From NCBI GenBank assembly GCA_050949045.1, contig JBMNEZ010000001.1, positions 160,001 through 224,000 on the forward strand: a stretch of 64,000 bases of DNA, written 5' to 3'. The notes below the pieces were generated by a model that ran no database searches, was not told the origin of the DNA, and saw nothing but the letters and a program-made list of their open reading frames with translations. Positions within the stretch are counted from its first letter, which is position 1, and each line of letters begins with the position of its first letter. Made by a program: the position numbers and the translations under genes. Positions 18,807 through 28,311 of this stretch are shown in pieces. The DNA comes from Candidatus Izemoplasmatales bacterium (lineage in GTDB: Bacteria > Bacillota_I > Bacilli_A > Izemoplasmatales > Hujiaoplasmataceae).

Positions 18807-20059
18807 AAGCAAGTCTGTTAATCCATAATATCAGCCATCTCTATACGCAAGCCAACGAACCTCCGGTTCGGGGCAAAGCTATGAAAGACATCGTCTGTCT
18901 CGATGATGCTTTTGTTGCTTGTGATAATGACCGCATCATCGGTTTTGGCACCGGAGAATTCAATGACTATGTTTCAAACACCACGCTTCTTTTTGATGCA
19001 AAGGGGCTAATCCTTTTACCGGGATTGATTGATTCCCATACCCATCTTGTTCATGGGGGATCGCGCGAAGACGAGTTTTCACTGAAAATTAAAGGAGTCT
19101 CCTATTTTGATATTTTGAACCGTGGCGGCGGGATTCTGAGTACGGTCGCCAAGACCAGAAACGCGAGTTTTAAAGAATTATACGATAAAGCTCGGGAGTC
19201 GCTTGACGAAATGCTTCTCTATGGTGTGACCACCATTGAAGCTAAATCTGGTTACGGGCTCGATCTTGAAACCGAGATCAAACAACTAAAAGTCGCAAAA
19301 AAACTCAATCATGACCATCCAATCGACATCATCTCCACCTATCTTGGAGCCCATGCCGTTCCCAAAGAGTTTCTGAATAGAAAACAGGCATTTGTCTCGA
19401 AAGTCATCCAAGATCTTGAAATCATCAAGGACAAGGAACTCGCTAGATTTGTCGATGTCTTTTGTGAAGAGGGTGTTTTTGGCCTCGAAGAAACGGAAGC
19501 CATCATCAAGCGCGCCAAGGAACTGGGATTTATTCCCAGACTCCACGCCGATGAGATGCATCACCTTGGCGGAGCTGGACTTGGAGTTGATTATGAGGCG
19601 GCGAGCGTTGACCATCTGATGGCGATCAGCGATAGGGATATCGAAAAACTTGCCCATAGCAAAACGATCGCCAACTTGTTGCCGGCAACCTCGTTCTTTC
19701 TAAACAAAGACTATGCGCCAGCCCGAAAATTGATCGACAAAGACGCTGCCGTTGCGATTGCGAGCGACTACAATCCCGGCTCGACGCCTTCGGAGAACTT
19801 TCAACTGACGATGCAATTGGCGGGCATCAAACTGAGGATGGATCCTAAGGAGATCTTGACGGCTTCGACGATCAACCCTGCTTATCTTCTCGGGATTCAC
19901 AACGAATGTGGCAGTATTGCCATCGGCAAAAAAGCTGATCTGGTCTTGTTTAAGGCCAAGAACATTGATTATTTAATCTATCATTACGGTATCAACCATA
20001 CCGAGCACGTTTTCAAAAACGGCCGCATAGTGGTCAAAAACCGGCAACTCTGTTACTGA
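18803..20059 (+). CDS. hutI: Imidazolonepropionase
   Basis: DSHTH, GGGILSTV, EAKSGYG, HADE and SDYNPG motifs. Confidence 0.95.
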   Translation: MKASLLIHNISHLYTQANEPPVRGKAMKDIVCLDDAFVACDNDRIIGFGTGEFNDYVSNTTLLFDAKGLILLPGLIDSHTHLVHGGSREDEFSLKIKGVSYFDILNRGGGILSTVAKTRNASFKELYDKARESLDEMLLYGVTTIEAKSGYGLDLETEIKQLKVAKKLNHDHPIDIISTYLGAHAVPKEFLNRKQAFVSKVIQDLEIIKDKELARFVDVFCEEGVFGLEETEAIIKRAKELGFIPRLHADEMHHLGGAGLGVDYEAASVDHLMAISDRDIEKLAHSKTIANLLPATSFFLNKDYAPARKLIDKDAAVAIASDYNPGSTPSENFQLTMQLAGIKLRMDPKEILTASTINPAYLLGIHNECGSIAIGKKADLVLFKAKNIDYLIYHYGINHTEHVFKNGRIVVKNRQLCY

Positions 20060-20070
20060 TGGAGGTTGGA

Positions 20071-20718
20071 ATGAAACTTAGTGAACTGACAATCAGCAAA
20101 TTTCTTGATAAAATCGATTCGAAGTCACCGACGCCCGGTGGAGGCTCTGTCAGCGCTTTGGCCGCAGCCATCGGTGTGGCACTGGTGCGAATGGTAGGGC
20201 ATTTCACAATCGGTAGAAAACGCTTTGAAGCCCTCGATGAATCCGTGAAAGCAGAATTCATCTGCTTGTTTTCCGAGATGGAGAGCATAAAAAACCAATT
20301 TATTGACGCCATTGATCGGGACACCGAAGCCTATAATGAGGTCATGAAAGCCTACAAGTTGCCTAGTGACGATCAGAAAGCACTTGAAATCAGAAACAAA
20401 GCAATTCAAGAGGCAACGATTGGCGCAATTGAAGTTCCTCTCGGTGTGACAGAGACCGCCTTTGCCTTTTTAAGCAGAATCGCGCCGCTTGTCAGTTATG
20501 GCAACCCGAACACGATTTCTGATATGGGAGTTGGGATCATATTGGTCGCGAGCGCCATCGAAGGAGCGATTCTGAATGTCAAAATCAACCTTGCCGGTCT
20601 TGAGGACCGGAACTTGGCTATCAACTATCAAGAGAAAGTTCACCATATACTTGAACAAACGAATCTCCTGCGGGATGGACTGATCAAATCCATCCATGAG
20701 ACATTAAAAATCGAATAA
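20071..20718 (+). CDS. fchA: Formiminotetrahydrofolate cyclodeaminase
   Basis: SPTPGGGSVSAL, IDRDTEAY, GNPNTISD and NVKINL motifs; SD GGAGG before ATG 20071. Confidence 0.88.
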   Translation: MKLSELTISKFLDKIDSKSPTPGGGSVSALAAAIGVALVRMVGHFTIGRKRFEALDESVKAEFICLFSEMESIKNQFIDAIDRDTEAYNEVMKAYKLPSDDQKALEIRNKAIQEATIGAIEVPLGVTETAFAFLSRIAPLVSYGNPNTISDMGVGIILVASAIEGAILNVKINLAGLEDRNLAINYQEKVHHILEQTNLLRDGLIKSIHETLKIE

Positions 20719-20903
20719 AGAAGGATAACGTTAATTTTTTATTGACATAGCCGATGTCGCAGCCAGACCTTACAAAGTGTTTTTTGAAATGATCAAGTAT
20801 CCGTTCATAACCAAAAGATAGCGGTTTTTCACGAAAAATCAAGGCATAAATGGGAGAGATCCCATTTTTATTATAGAAAAGAATAGTAGAGAAATCAGAT
20901 TGC

Positions 20904-20932
20904 TTGACATATGACAACCTGTCATATAAAAT
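20904..20932 (+). promoter_or_regulatory. SigA promoter with a palindromic TetR operator in the spacer
   Basis: TTGACA-17 nt-TAAAAT; palindrome ATATGACA-acc-TGTCATAT at 20909-20927. Confidence 0.8.
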
Positions 20933-20959
20933 GATAACGAAAAATAAGAGGTGATTTTT

Positions 20960-21592
20960 TTGCCGTCAAAGACATTTATGAACCTTCCCAAAGTGAAACA
21001 GGAGCGCATTTTGGAAGCGGCCAAAAAAGAGTTCTCAGAAGCAATGTTCTCCGATGTTTCAATCAACAGAATTGTCAAGGCTGCTTCAATATCAAGAGGA
21101 AGCTTCTATATGTATTTTTCAGACAAACATGATTTGTTGATATACTTGCTTGAAAATTTCCAAAAACAATTCGACCAGAAATTAAAGTCGCTCGGTGAGG
21201 TCGCCGGTGGTAATATCAAGAAACTTATACTCGGACTACACGATTATCTGTTTACGGCGATAGCGGCGGAAGAAAACTGCAATTTCCTCACTAACTACTT
21301 TACCTATTCGCTATCTGCTTCTGTGAAAAATCACCATCAGGCAAGATCAATGGTTAGCTCGATGACAAAGTTGAGAGAATCGTTGCTTGAATATGTGGAC
21401 AAGAATCAGTTTGACAAACACTACGAAGACGACTTGGAAACAATCATCGATGCTCACCTCATCATTTTAAAACATACGCTCGCAAAAGCGTATCTTCAAA
21501 AAACCAACAGTAAGAAGAGCCGCAAAGATTTAGAGAAACTTCTTGGGATTCTCAAAGACGGCTATCAGAAAAAAGAGGAAAAAAATGCTTAA
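20960..21592 (+). CDS. TetR-family regulator
   Basis: HTH SINRIVKAASISRGSFYMYF; TTG start inferred from SD GAGGTG. Confidence 0.9.
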   Translation: MPSKTFMNLPKVKQERILEAAKKEFSEAMFSDVSINRIVKAASISRGSFYMYFSDKHDLLIYLLENFQKQFDQKLKSLGEVAGGNIKKLILGLHDYLFTAIAAEENCNFLTNYFTYSLSASVKNHHQARSMVSSMTKLRESLLEYVDKNQFDKHYEDDLETIIDAHLIILKHTLAKAYLQKTNSKKSRKDLEKLLGILKDGYQKKEEKNA

Positions 21593-23798
21593 ACTGATTG
21601 GAATTGACAAGAGCTATACAACCGGGTCTTTCACTCAAAAAGCTTTGAGCAAAGTGACACTCGACTTCAGAAAAAATGAGTTTGTCACTGTTTTGGGGCC
21701 TTCTGGGTGCGGTAAGACGACTTTGCTCAACATCATCGGGGGTCTCGATCACTTTGATCGGGGAGATTTGATCATCAGCGGCAAGTCGACCAAGGATTTT
21801 AGCGAAGTCGAATGGGACATGTATCGCAACAATTCGATCGGCTTCATTTTTCAAAACCACAATCTAATTCAGCATCTGAATGTACTCCAGAACGTCGAGA
21901 TGGGTATGACTTTGAGCGGGGTGAACGCCCACGAGCGGAAGCGCCGTGCCCAAGAAGTACTAGAACAGGTCGGTCTTCGCAATCATATGCACAAGCGCCC
22001 TAATCAACTTTCTGGCGGGGAATCGCAAAGAGTAGCCATTGCACGCGCTCTGGCAAATAATCCAGATGTCGTCCTCGCAGATGAGCCGACCGGTTCGCTC
22101 GACTCTGTCACCAGTATCCAAATTCTTGACCTTGTCAGTAAAATTGCCAAAGACAAACTGGTGATCATGGTTACCCATAACGCCGAAATGGCCGAGCGGT
22201 ACGCCACGAGAATCATCAAGCTGAAAGACGGCGAAGTAATCGACGACACGAATCCGGTCAAAGAGGATGATGAACTCAAAACCGAGTTCAGTTTAAAGAA
22301 AACTGCCATGAGTTTCAAGACTGCGGTCATCTCATCTTTGAATAACATCAAAACCAAGCTTGGAAGGACTTTTCTGACAGCTTTTGCCGGCAGTATCGGC
22401 ATTATCGGCATCGCGCTGATTATGTCGCTGTCAAATGGGATGGATCAGGAGATTGCGAACTTTGAACGCGACACCCTCTCGGGTTATCCGGTCGCAATCA
22501 CCAACTCCAAATTCGACTTTCAAAAGATTATGGAAATGGAAGAGGATGATCTAGTCTCCTTTCCTGAAACAAACTACGCTACCGCCTTTGACGAGAACCG
22601 CCTACAACAATTCTTTTCCCCGAACATCATCACCGATGATTATGTCGAATACGTCAATGACTATGTGACGAACATCGCTCCCGAAACGATCGCTGGCGTC
22701 AAGTATGTTCGGAAGATGAATCTGTCCTTGTTGCGGTATGACGAAGAAAGCGACGCCTATATCGAAATATACAATGAAAGAAAAACGGCAATACCTCAAA
22801 GCTCTGGCAATGTCTTTGGCTTTGTTTCAAGCCGGTTCACGCTCCTGCCGGATGGCAATGTGTATGGAAATAACTACGATTTGATCTACGGTGCTTATCC
22901 GGACAATAATCTTGATGAAGGCAAAATTCAGGTCGTTATTGTTGTTGATGAATATAACAGAATCTACAAATCAACGCTAGAGCGCCTTGGTTATGACGTT
23001 GATGCTCAAACTGAATTCATGTTTCAAGATATCGTCGGCAGGAATTTCAAATTGTTTGTCGGTGTCTATGATGAGTCGACCAGCGGTCTCGATCAAGCGC
23101 TTGATGTGGAGATCTCCGGCATCATCCGGATCAAACAGGGATCTAATGTCCATCTGCTTTATAACGGTTTTGGCTATACCTCCGATATTGTGGAATATCT
23201 GGCCGCAACATTTCCGAGTGAAGTCGGCGACATCAGCGGCATTTATATCTATCCTTTCAGTTTTGAGGAAAAAGACGAATTGAAAACCTACCTTGACGCC
23301 TACAACAACGAGTTTGAACCAGGTAGTGACGAGAGGATTGATTACGTCGATCAGGCAGCGACATTCACGGCGATGGCGAGCGGTATCGTTGACACGATTT
23401 CGATTGTTCTTGTCGCCTTTGCATCGATCTCTCTCATCGTCTCTTCGATCATGATCGCGATCATCACCTACATCTCCGTTTTGGAACGCACCAAGGAGAT
23501 TGGCGTCTTGCGGGCTTTAGGCGCCAGGAAGAAAGATATCGCCCGGGTTTTCAATGCCGAAAACATCCTGATTGGCTTTGCTTCGGGGATTGTCGGTATC
23601 TTGGTCGCCGCACTTTTGATAATCCCGATCAATCTGATCATTGAAAAACTGGCAGAAATGGGCAATGTCGCGAAACTATCGCCATTGCATGCGATCGCGT
23701 TGATTGTGATAAGCGTCTTTCTTGCTCTTGTGGCCGGGTTGATTCCTGCGCGGATGGCCTCAAAGAAAGATCCTGTCATCGCCCTTCGTACTGAATAA
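21585..23798 (+). CDS. MacB/FtsX-like ABC transporter (ATPase-permease fusion)
   Basis: Walker A GPSGCGKT; LSGGE; ADEPT; C-terminal ERTKEIGVLRALGA and DPVIALR. Confidence 0.93.
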   Translation: MLKLIGIDKSYTTGSFTQKALSKVTLDFRKNEFVTVLGPSGCGKTTLLNIIGGLDHFDRGDLIISGKSTKDFSEVEWDMYRNNSIGFIFQNHNLIQHLNVLQNVEMGMTLSGVNAHERKRRAQEVLEQVGLRNHMHKRPNQLSGGESQRVAIARALANNPDVVLADEPTGSLDSVTSIQILDLVSKIAKDKLVIMVTHNAEMAERYATRIIKLKDGEVIDDTNPVKEDDELKTEFSLKKTAMSFKTAVISSLNNIKTKLGRTFLTAFAGSIGIIGIALIMSLSNGMDQEIANFERDTLSGYPVAITNSKFDFQKIMEMEEDDLVSFPETNYATAFDENRLQQFFSPNIITDDYVEYVNDYVTNIAPETIAGVKYVRKMNLSLLRYDEESDAYIEIYNERKTAIPQSSGNVFGFVSSRFTLLPDGNVYGNNYDLIYGAYPDNNLDEGKIQVVIVVDEYNRIYKSTLERLGYDVDAQTEFMFQDIVGRNFKLFVGVYDESTSGLDQALDVEISGIIRIKQGSNVHLLYNGFGYTSDIVEYLAATFPSEVGDISGIYIYPFSFEEKDELKTYLDAYNNEFEPGSDERIDYVDQAATFTAMASGIVDTISIVLVAFASISLIVSSIMIAIITYISVLERTKEIGVLRALGARKKDIARVFNAENILIGFASGIVGILVAALLIIPINLIIEKLAEMGNVAKLSPLHAIALIVISVFLALVAGLIPARMASKKDPVIALRTE

Positions 23799-23924
23799 CA
23801 AACTGATCAAAAGATCGGTTTCTTATTACTCTGTTTTAAAGATAGAGTCGTTTTGTTAGTTTGACATAGTCTATATTTTGGCTGTCGATTGTGATATAAT
23901 ACAAAATTATTAAAATTAAGGAGC

Positions 23925-24638
23925 GTGACCATGACTGACATCAGGGCGAAGATTGCGGAAATTCTTAACAAAGAAGAAGATTTCACCGATGAGTTCGCTG
24001 TTCCCAAAGATGATTTGATCGAGACACACGGCGAATACGAGTATGAAGAACTTTATTCCGACATCTATGTGATAATCAAAAACATTGAAGATTTTTATGG
24101 CGATCATTCCCATCCCAAAGCCGCCGCGCTCCTTGAATCTTTCTTGCTTGAGACGATGATCGTTCTTAAAGAAGATCCGGAGGTAATTGTCGTCGAATCC
24201 GGCGATTTCTTTTGCCGGTCGACGAGTTTCACTCCTGACTCTAAAGCAGTGATGCACCTTTTTGAAAATGTCGTCTGGATCAACTCGATGGCTGAACTCT
24301 ACAACCAGGCGCTCACCGATGTCGGATTGTTGCCAATGGAATTGGGAATCGGTGTCGTCACTTTCCCTCGCGAGGCGATCAATGAGGAATTGGAAGAGGA
24401 AAGATATCCCGGATCGGACATTGAATTCGACTATGGCATTGATTTTCAAAACACGGCAATGAAATTGGCGATTATCGCCAATACTGAAGGCAGGGAAACG
24501 ATTATCGTCAACGATATGGCTTATGATTTTTTGCTTGAAGTTGACAGAGCTTTCTTTGAGGAAAATCTTGTCAAGGAGTATCTCAAAGAAGAGGAAATGA
24601 CTGTGTTTCACGGGAACATCGTTACGGATGACATTTAA
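23925..24638 (+). CDS. Acidic protein with a degenerate class III nucleotide cyclase (PycC-like) fold
   Basis: Recognised by eye: YVIIK (normally FxDI), SGD, LGIGV, NTAMKL (normally NxASKL), IIVNDMAY, FHGNIV; extended -10 TGaTATAAT at 23892-23900. Confidence 0.62.
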   Translation: MTMTDIRAKIAEILNKEEDFTDEFAVPKDDLIETHGEYEYEELYSDIYVIIKNIEDFYGDHSHPKAAALLESFLLETMIVLKEDPEVIVVESGDFFCRSTSFTPDSKAVMHLFENVVWINSMAELYNQALTDVGLLPMELGIGVVTFPREAINEELEEERYPGSDIEFDYGIDFQNTAMKLAIIANTEGRETIIVNDMAYDFLLEVDRAFFEENLVKEYLKEEEMTVFHGNIVTDDI

Positions 24639-24661
24639 TCAGTCAGAAACAGGAGGAAGCC

Positions 24662-25870
24662 ATGGATTTATTCAAAAAGTGCTATGATTTCACGACCGTT
24701 GATGAGTACAAAGCGATGGGTATATATCCTTACTTTCACTCTCTTGAGACTAAACAGGATATCGAGGTGATGATGGAAGGCAAAAGGCGGATTATGATCG
24801 GCTCGAACAACTATCTCGGCTTGACTGGCGATGAGCGAGTCATCAATGCCGGCATCAAGGCGATTGCGGAGTTTGGCTCGGGAGTATCCGGCTCCCGGTT
24901 TTTGAACGGCACACTCACGACCCATATAACCCTAGAAAATGAATTGGCGGAATTTTTAAACAAAGAAGCCTGTCTCACCTTTTCGACCGGATTTCAAACC
25001 AACCTCGGCATCATTTCTGCCATCGCGGGCAGAAATGACATCATCTTTTGTGATCGGGAAAACCACGCCTCAATCTACGACGGGGCAAAACTGAGTTATG
25101 CGACCATGGTAAGATATCGTCATAACGATATGAAGGATTTGGAAAAGAAACTCAAGGAGGCTGACCCGGGCAAAGGCAGATTGATCATTACCGACGGTGT
25201 CTTTTCGATGTCCGGAGATATTTGCCGGCTTCCGGAAATCGTTGCTTTAGGCAAGAAATACCACGCCAGAGTGATGGTCGACGATGCCCATGGCCTCGGT
25301 GTGCTAGGTGAACACGGCAGAGGCACCGCCGAACATTTTAATCTTGAAAACGAAGTTGACATCATCATGGGCACTTTCTCGAAATCGCTTGCCAGCCTCG
25401 GCGGCTATATGGCAGCCGAACATGCTGTTGTCAACTATGTCAAACATAAGTCAAGACCATTTATCTTTTGCGCCGCAATCACTCCGGCAAATGCGGCGGC
25501 CGCCTTAACTTCGCTTAGAATCCTTAAAGCCGAACCGGAACGTCCGAAAGCCCTGTTGGCGATTGCCGCTTATATGCGCAAAAGGCTGCTTGAAAAAGGG
25601 CTCAAGATTCTCGAGTCTTCGATTGCCCCGATCATTCCCATATATACCTACACCGCGCTCAGGACACTCGTTGCCTGCAAGATGCTCTATGATCGCGGTG
25701 TCTATGTTAATCCGGTGTTGCCACCGGCAACCCCTGAGGGCGAATGCCTGATCAGAACAAGTTACACAGCTACCCATACCAAGGAATTGATGGATGAAGC
25801 GGCCGACATCATCGCCGACGTCCTCCATAATCTTCCCGAAAACGACGCTGAATTGTTGGGTCAACTATGA
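24662..25870 (+). CDS. spt: PLP alpha-oxoamine synthase, Bacteroides-type serine palmitoyltransferase-like
   Basis: GIYPYF, GSNNYLGLT, GSRFLNGT, STGFQTNLG, HASI, DDAHG, MGTFSKS (PLP Lys), VNPVLPPA and RTSYTATH motifs. Confidence 0.78.
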   Translation: MDLFKKCYDFTTVDEYKAMGIYPYFHSLETKQDIEVMMEGKRRIMIGSNNYLGLTGDERVINAGIKAIAEFGSGVSGSRFLNGTLTTHITLENELAEFLNKEACLTFSTGFQTNLGIISAIAGRNDIIFCDRENHASIYDGAKLSYATMVRYRHNDMKDLEKKLKEADPGKGRLIITDGVFSMSGDICRLPEIVALGKKYHARVMVDDAHGLGVLGEHGRGTAEHFNLENEVDIIMGTFSKSLASLGGYMAAEHAVVNYVKHKSRPFIFCAAITPANAAAALTSLRILKAEPERPKALLAIAAYMRKRLLEKGLKILESSIAPIIPIYTYTALRTLVACKMLYDRGVYVNPVLPPATPEGECLIRTSYTATHTKELMDEAADIIADVLHNLPENDAELLGQL

Positions 25871-26673
25871 AAAGAAGTGATCAAGTAGTGGTTGTTACCG
25901 GCGCTTCCAGCGGTATCGGTCTGGAAACAGCCTCCCTTTTGTCGTCAAAAGGGATGAAGGTCTATGGATTGTCGCGCTCAAAGCCTAGAGGAAAATATTC
26001 CTTTAACCACCTCATCGCTGATGTCACCTCGATTGAGACGCTTCAAAAAGCCGCAGACCTCATCAGAGAATCCCAAGGTGGCATTGATGTGCTCATCAAT
26101 TGTGCCGGCATCGGGATTGGTGGCGCCGTCGAGGAGACCGATGAAGCAGATTATGACAATCTCTTTAATGTCAATGTCAAAGGTGTCTTTCAGACTACCA
26201 AGGTTTTTTTACCTCTGCTTCGCGAGGGAAAGGACAAGAAAATCATCAATATTGGTTCCATTGCCGGCATCTTACCGATACCTTTCCAAACTTTCTATTC
26301 GATGTCAAAGGCGGCTATCCAATCTTTTTCGGAAGCTTTGCGAAATGAACTGAGACCATTTGGTATCGAAGTGACCACCGTGCTTCCCGGAGACACCAAA
26401 ACCGCATTTACCAGTAATCGGAAAAACAATCCAATCTCAGAAGAATCCCCTTATGCCGAGAGACAAGCCCGCTCGCTCAAAAAGATGGAGATTGACGAGC
26501 AAACGGGAAAATCTCCAATATCGGTAGCCAATGTTATTTTTAAACTGATTAACAGAAGACGCTTGCCGGTCCAGGTCGCCATCGGATTTGAATACAAGCT
26601 GTTTGTCTTTTTGAACCGGATCCTGCCTAAAAGGCTGGTAAACTGGATTCTCTACCAAATATACGGAAAATGA
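25867..26673 (+). CDS. Short-chain dehydrogenase/reductase, candidate 3-ketodihydrosphingosine reductase
   Basis: TGASSGIG, catalytic YSMSK, PGDTKTAFT; ATGA overlap with the upstream gene. The SDR call is firm; the substrate is inferred. Confidence 0.75.
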   Translation: MKRSDQVVVVTGASSGIGLETASLLSSKGMKVYGLSRSKPRGKYSFNHLIADVTSIETLQKAADLIRESQGGIDVLINCAGIGIGGAVEETDEADYDNLFNVNVKGVFQTTKVFLPLLREGKDKKIINIGSIAGILPIPFQTFYSMSKAAIQSFSEALRNELRPFGIEVTTVLPGDTKTAFTSNRKNNPISEESPYAERQARSLKKMEIDEQTGKSPISVANVIFKLINRRRLPVQVAIGFEYKLFVFLNRILPKRLVNWILYQIYGK

Positions 26674-26926
26674 TCAACAAAACAAACAGAGCCACTTTTC
26701 AATTCTTTGTAAGGCAGAAATGTTTAGAGGGATGCGGATAGTCGCAAGAAATACCTCTGACAATTATCCATCATTATTTGAGAGTTTCTTAGAAGTCGTT
26801 TAAAACGACGTAGCGGTGTTAACGAGGAAAGTATCGATCGCCATTTAATGTCAGGGGATGTCGTCTCGAACGCTTTTTTGATAAACTGAATAATTTGTTT
26901 TCAAGAAAATTCTCATCCGAGGAGTT

Positions 26927-27499
26927 GTGATTGTGTACCGAAGACTGTTTGCGGACTATCTTCCTGTCAACGAACAGGAAGAAAAGGACAAGGAACTCAT
27001 CCTATCTTTTATCAACAAGAATAATGATGCTCTTAGCAGAGACAATCTGACTGCCCATGTGACTGCCTCTGCTTTCGTTATCAACAAAACCATGGAGAAA
27101 ATCCTCTTCGTGTACCACAAAATCTATAATTCCTGGTCTTGGGTCGGTGGTCATAACGACGGCGATCCGGATTTGCTCAAAGTCGCGATCAAAGAAGCGA
27201 AGGAAGAAACGGGTGTCACCGAGATTGAACCCTATCAAGACTCGATCTTCACGCTTGATGTGATCTATGTTCCTAACCATATCAAAAAAGGCAAATACGT
27301 TTCCGATCATCTGCATCTAAATGCGGCGTTTTTATTGTTCGCTGATGATCTCCAGAAATTAACAGTCAATCTTCAAGAGACAAAAGATGTCCGGTGGTTT
27401 TATATTAGCGAGGTTCTCGATTATGTGAGCGAGCCAAGAATGATACCGGTATATCAGAAAGCATTTTCGAAAATAAAAGCGATCCGAAACGGTATTTAA
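26927..27499 (+). CDS. NUDIX hydrolase
   Basis: Nudix box GGHNDGDPDLLKVAIKEAKEETG. Confidence 0.9.
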   Translation: MIVYRRLFADYLPVNEQEEKDKELILSFINKNNDALSRDNLTAHVTASAFVINKTMEKILFVYHKIYNSWSWVGGHNDGDPDLLKVAIKEAKEETGVTEIEPYQDSIFTLDVIYVPNHIKKGKYVSDHLHLNAAFLLFADDLQKLTVNLQETKDVRWFYISEVLDYVSEPRMIPVYQKAFSKIKAIRNGI

Positions 27500-27803
27500 A
27501 CTGTTGGCATTATTGGGACTCAACCACAAGGGTCCAGATTATGTTTATCAAAATGATTTTTCTATTACATTTTCGTGAAAATGAACCTTATCCGCCGTTT
27601 TAGATTGTTGGCAATTCCCGAGACTGACGATTCCTGTTGGCGGGTGTAGGCTTTCAAGTCAAGGGATGTAAACGACAATAGAATATTTGAATAACGTCAC
27701 AAATTGGCAAAACCTGTTCAATCAAAAAGATACTAAAGAGAGCATGGGAGCATTTCACCTGGTATTGTGATTTTAAAACATATATTTAGGAGTTGAAACA
27801 AAT

Positions 27804-28220
27804 ATGAAATCTTATCGCAAGGAACTATGGTTCCATACCGACAAAAGGCGGGCCTACATCAACATCACTCATCAAGTTGAGGCCTGCATTAGGGAAAGCG
27901 GCGTCAGCGAAGGCCTGGTTTTGGTCAACCCGATGCATATCACCGCCAGTGTTTTCATCAACGATGATGAAAGTGGTCTGCATCATGATTTTGAGAGATG
28001 GCTTGAAAAACTCGCCCCCGAGAAACCATATAGTCAATATGAGCACAATGGCTATGAGGATAATGCGGATGCCCATTTAAAAAGACAGATCATGGGCAGG
28101 GAAGTAGTCTGTGCAATCACCGCTGGGAAACTTGATTTCGGCACCTGGGAACGGATCTTCTATGCCGAGTTCGACGGCAAGCGGGACAAGCGCGTGCTTG
28201 TCAAGATTATTGGCGAGTAA
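27804..28220 (+). CDS. yjbQ: YjbQ/UPF0047 family protein
   Basis: [19 protein letters not shown] and [16 protein letters not shown] motifs. Confidence 0.9.
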   Translation: MKSYRKELWFHTDKRRAYINITHQVEACIRESGVSEGLVLVNPMHITASVFINDDESGLHHDFERWLEKLAPEKPYSQYEHNGYEDNADAHLKRQIMGREVVCAITAGKLDFGTWERIFYAEFDGKRDKRVLVKIIGE

Positions 28221-28281
28221 GTTGCCAGGAAAAAATATGGTGTAGATAGATTTTGATCAAGAACAAAGACTCAAAGTGTTA

Positions 28282-28311
28282 AAAAACTCTCGGATGATCC
28301 GAGAGCTTTTC
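28282..28311. terminator. Bidirectional terminator between yjbQ and the LtaS-like gene
   Basis: CTCTCGGA-tga-TCCGAGAG flanked by A and T tracts. Confidence 0.7.

Noticed and set aside
23916..24611. 231-aa antisense ORF and the many other short overlapping ORFs
   Set aside because: Shadows of well-supported genes, with no SD or recognisable motifs
23925..24638. Functional Pycsar anti-phage system
   Set aside because: The first catalytic Asp is missing and there is no adjacent effector; retained only as a degenerate fold
24662..25870. bioF or kbl annotation
   Set aside because: No biotin or tdh genes nearby, and the motifs fit SPT better; not formally excluded without a tree
26674..26926. 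RNase P-like GAGGAAAGT and short hairpins
   Set aside because: Lacks GAGGAAAGTCC and the other conserved blocks, and the region is too short
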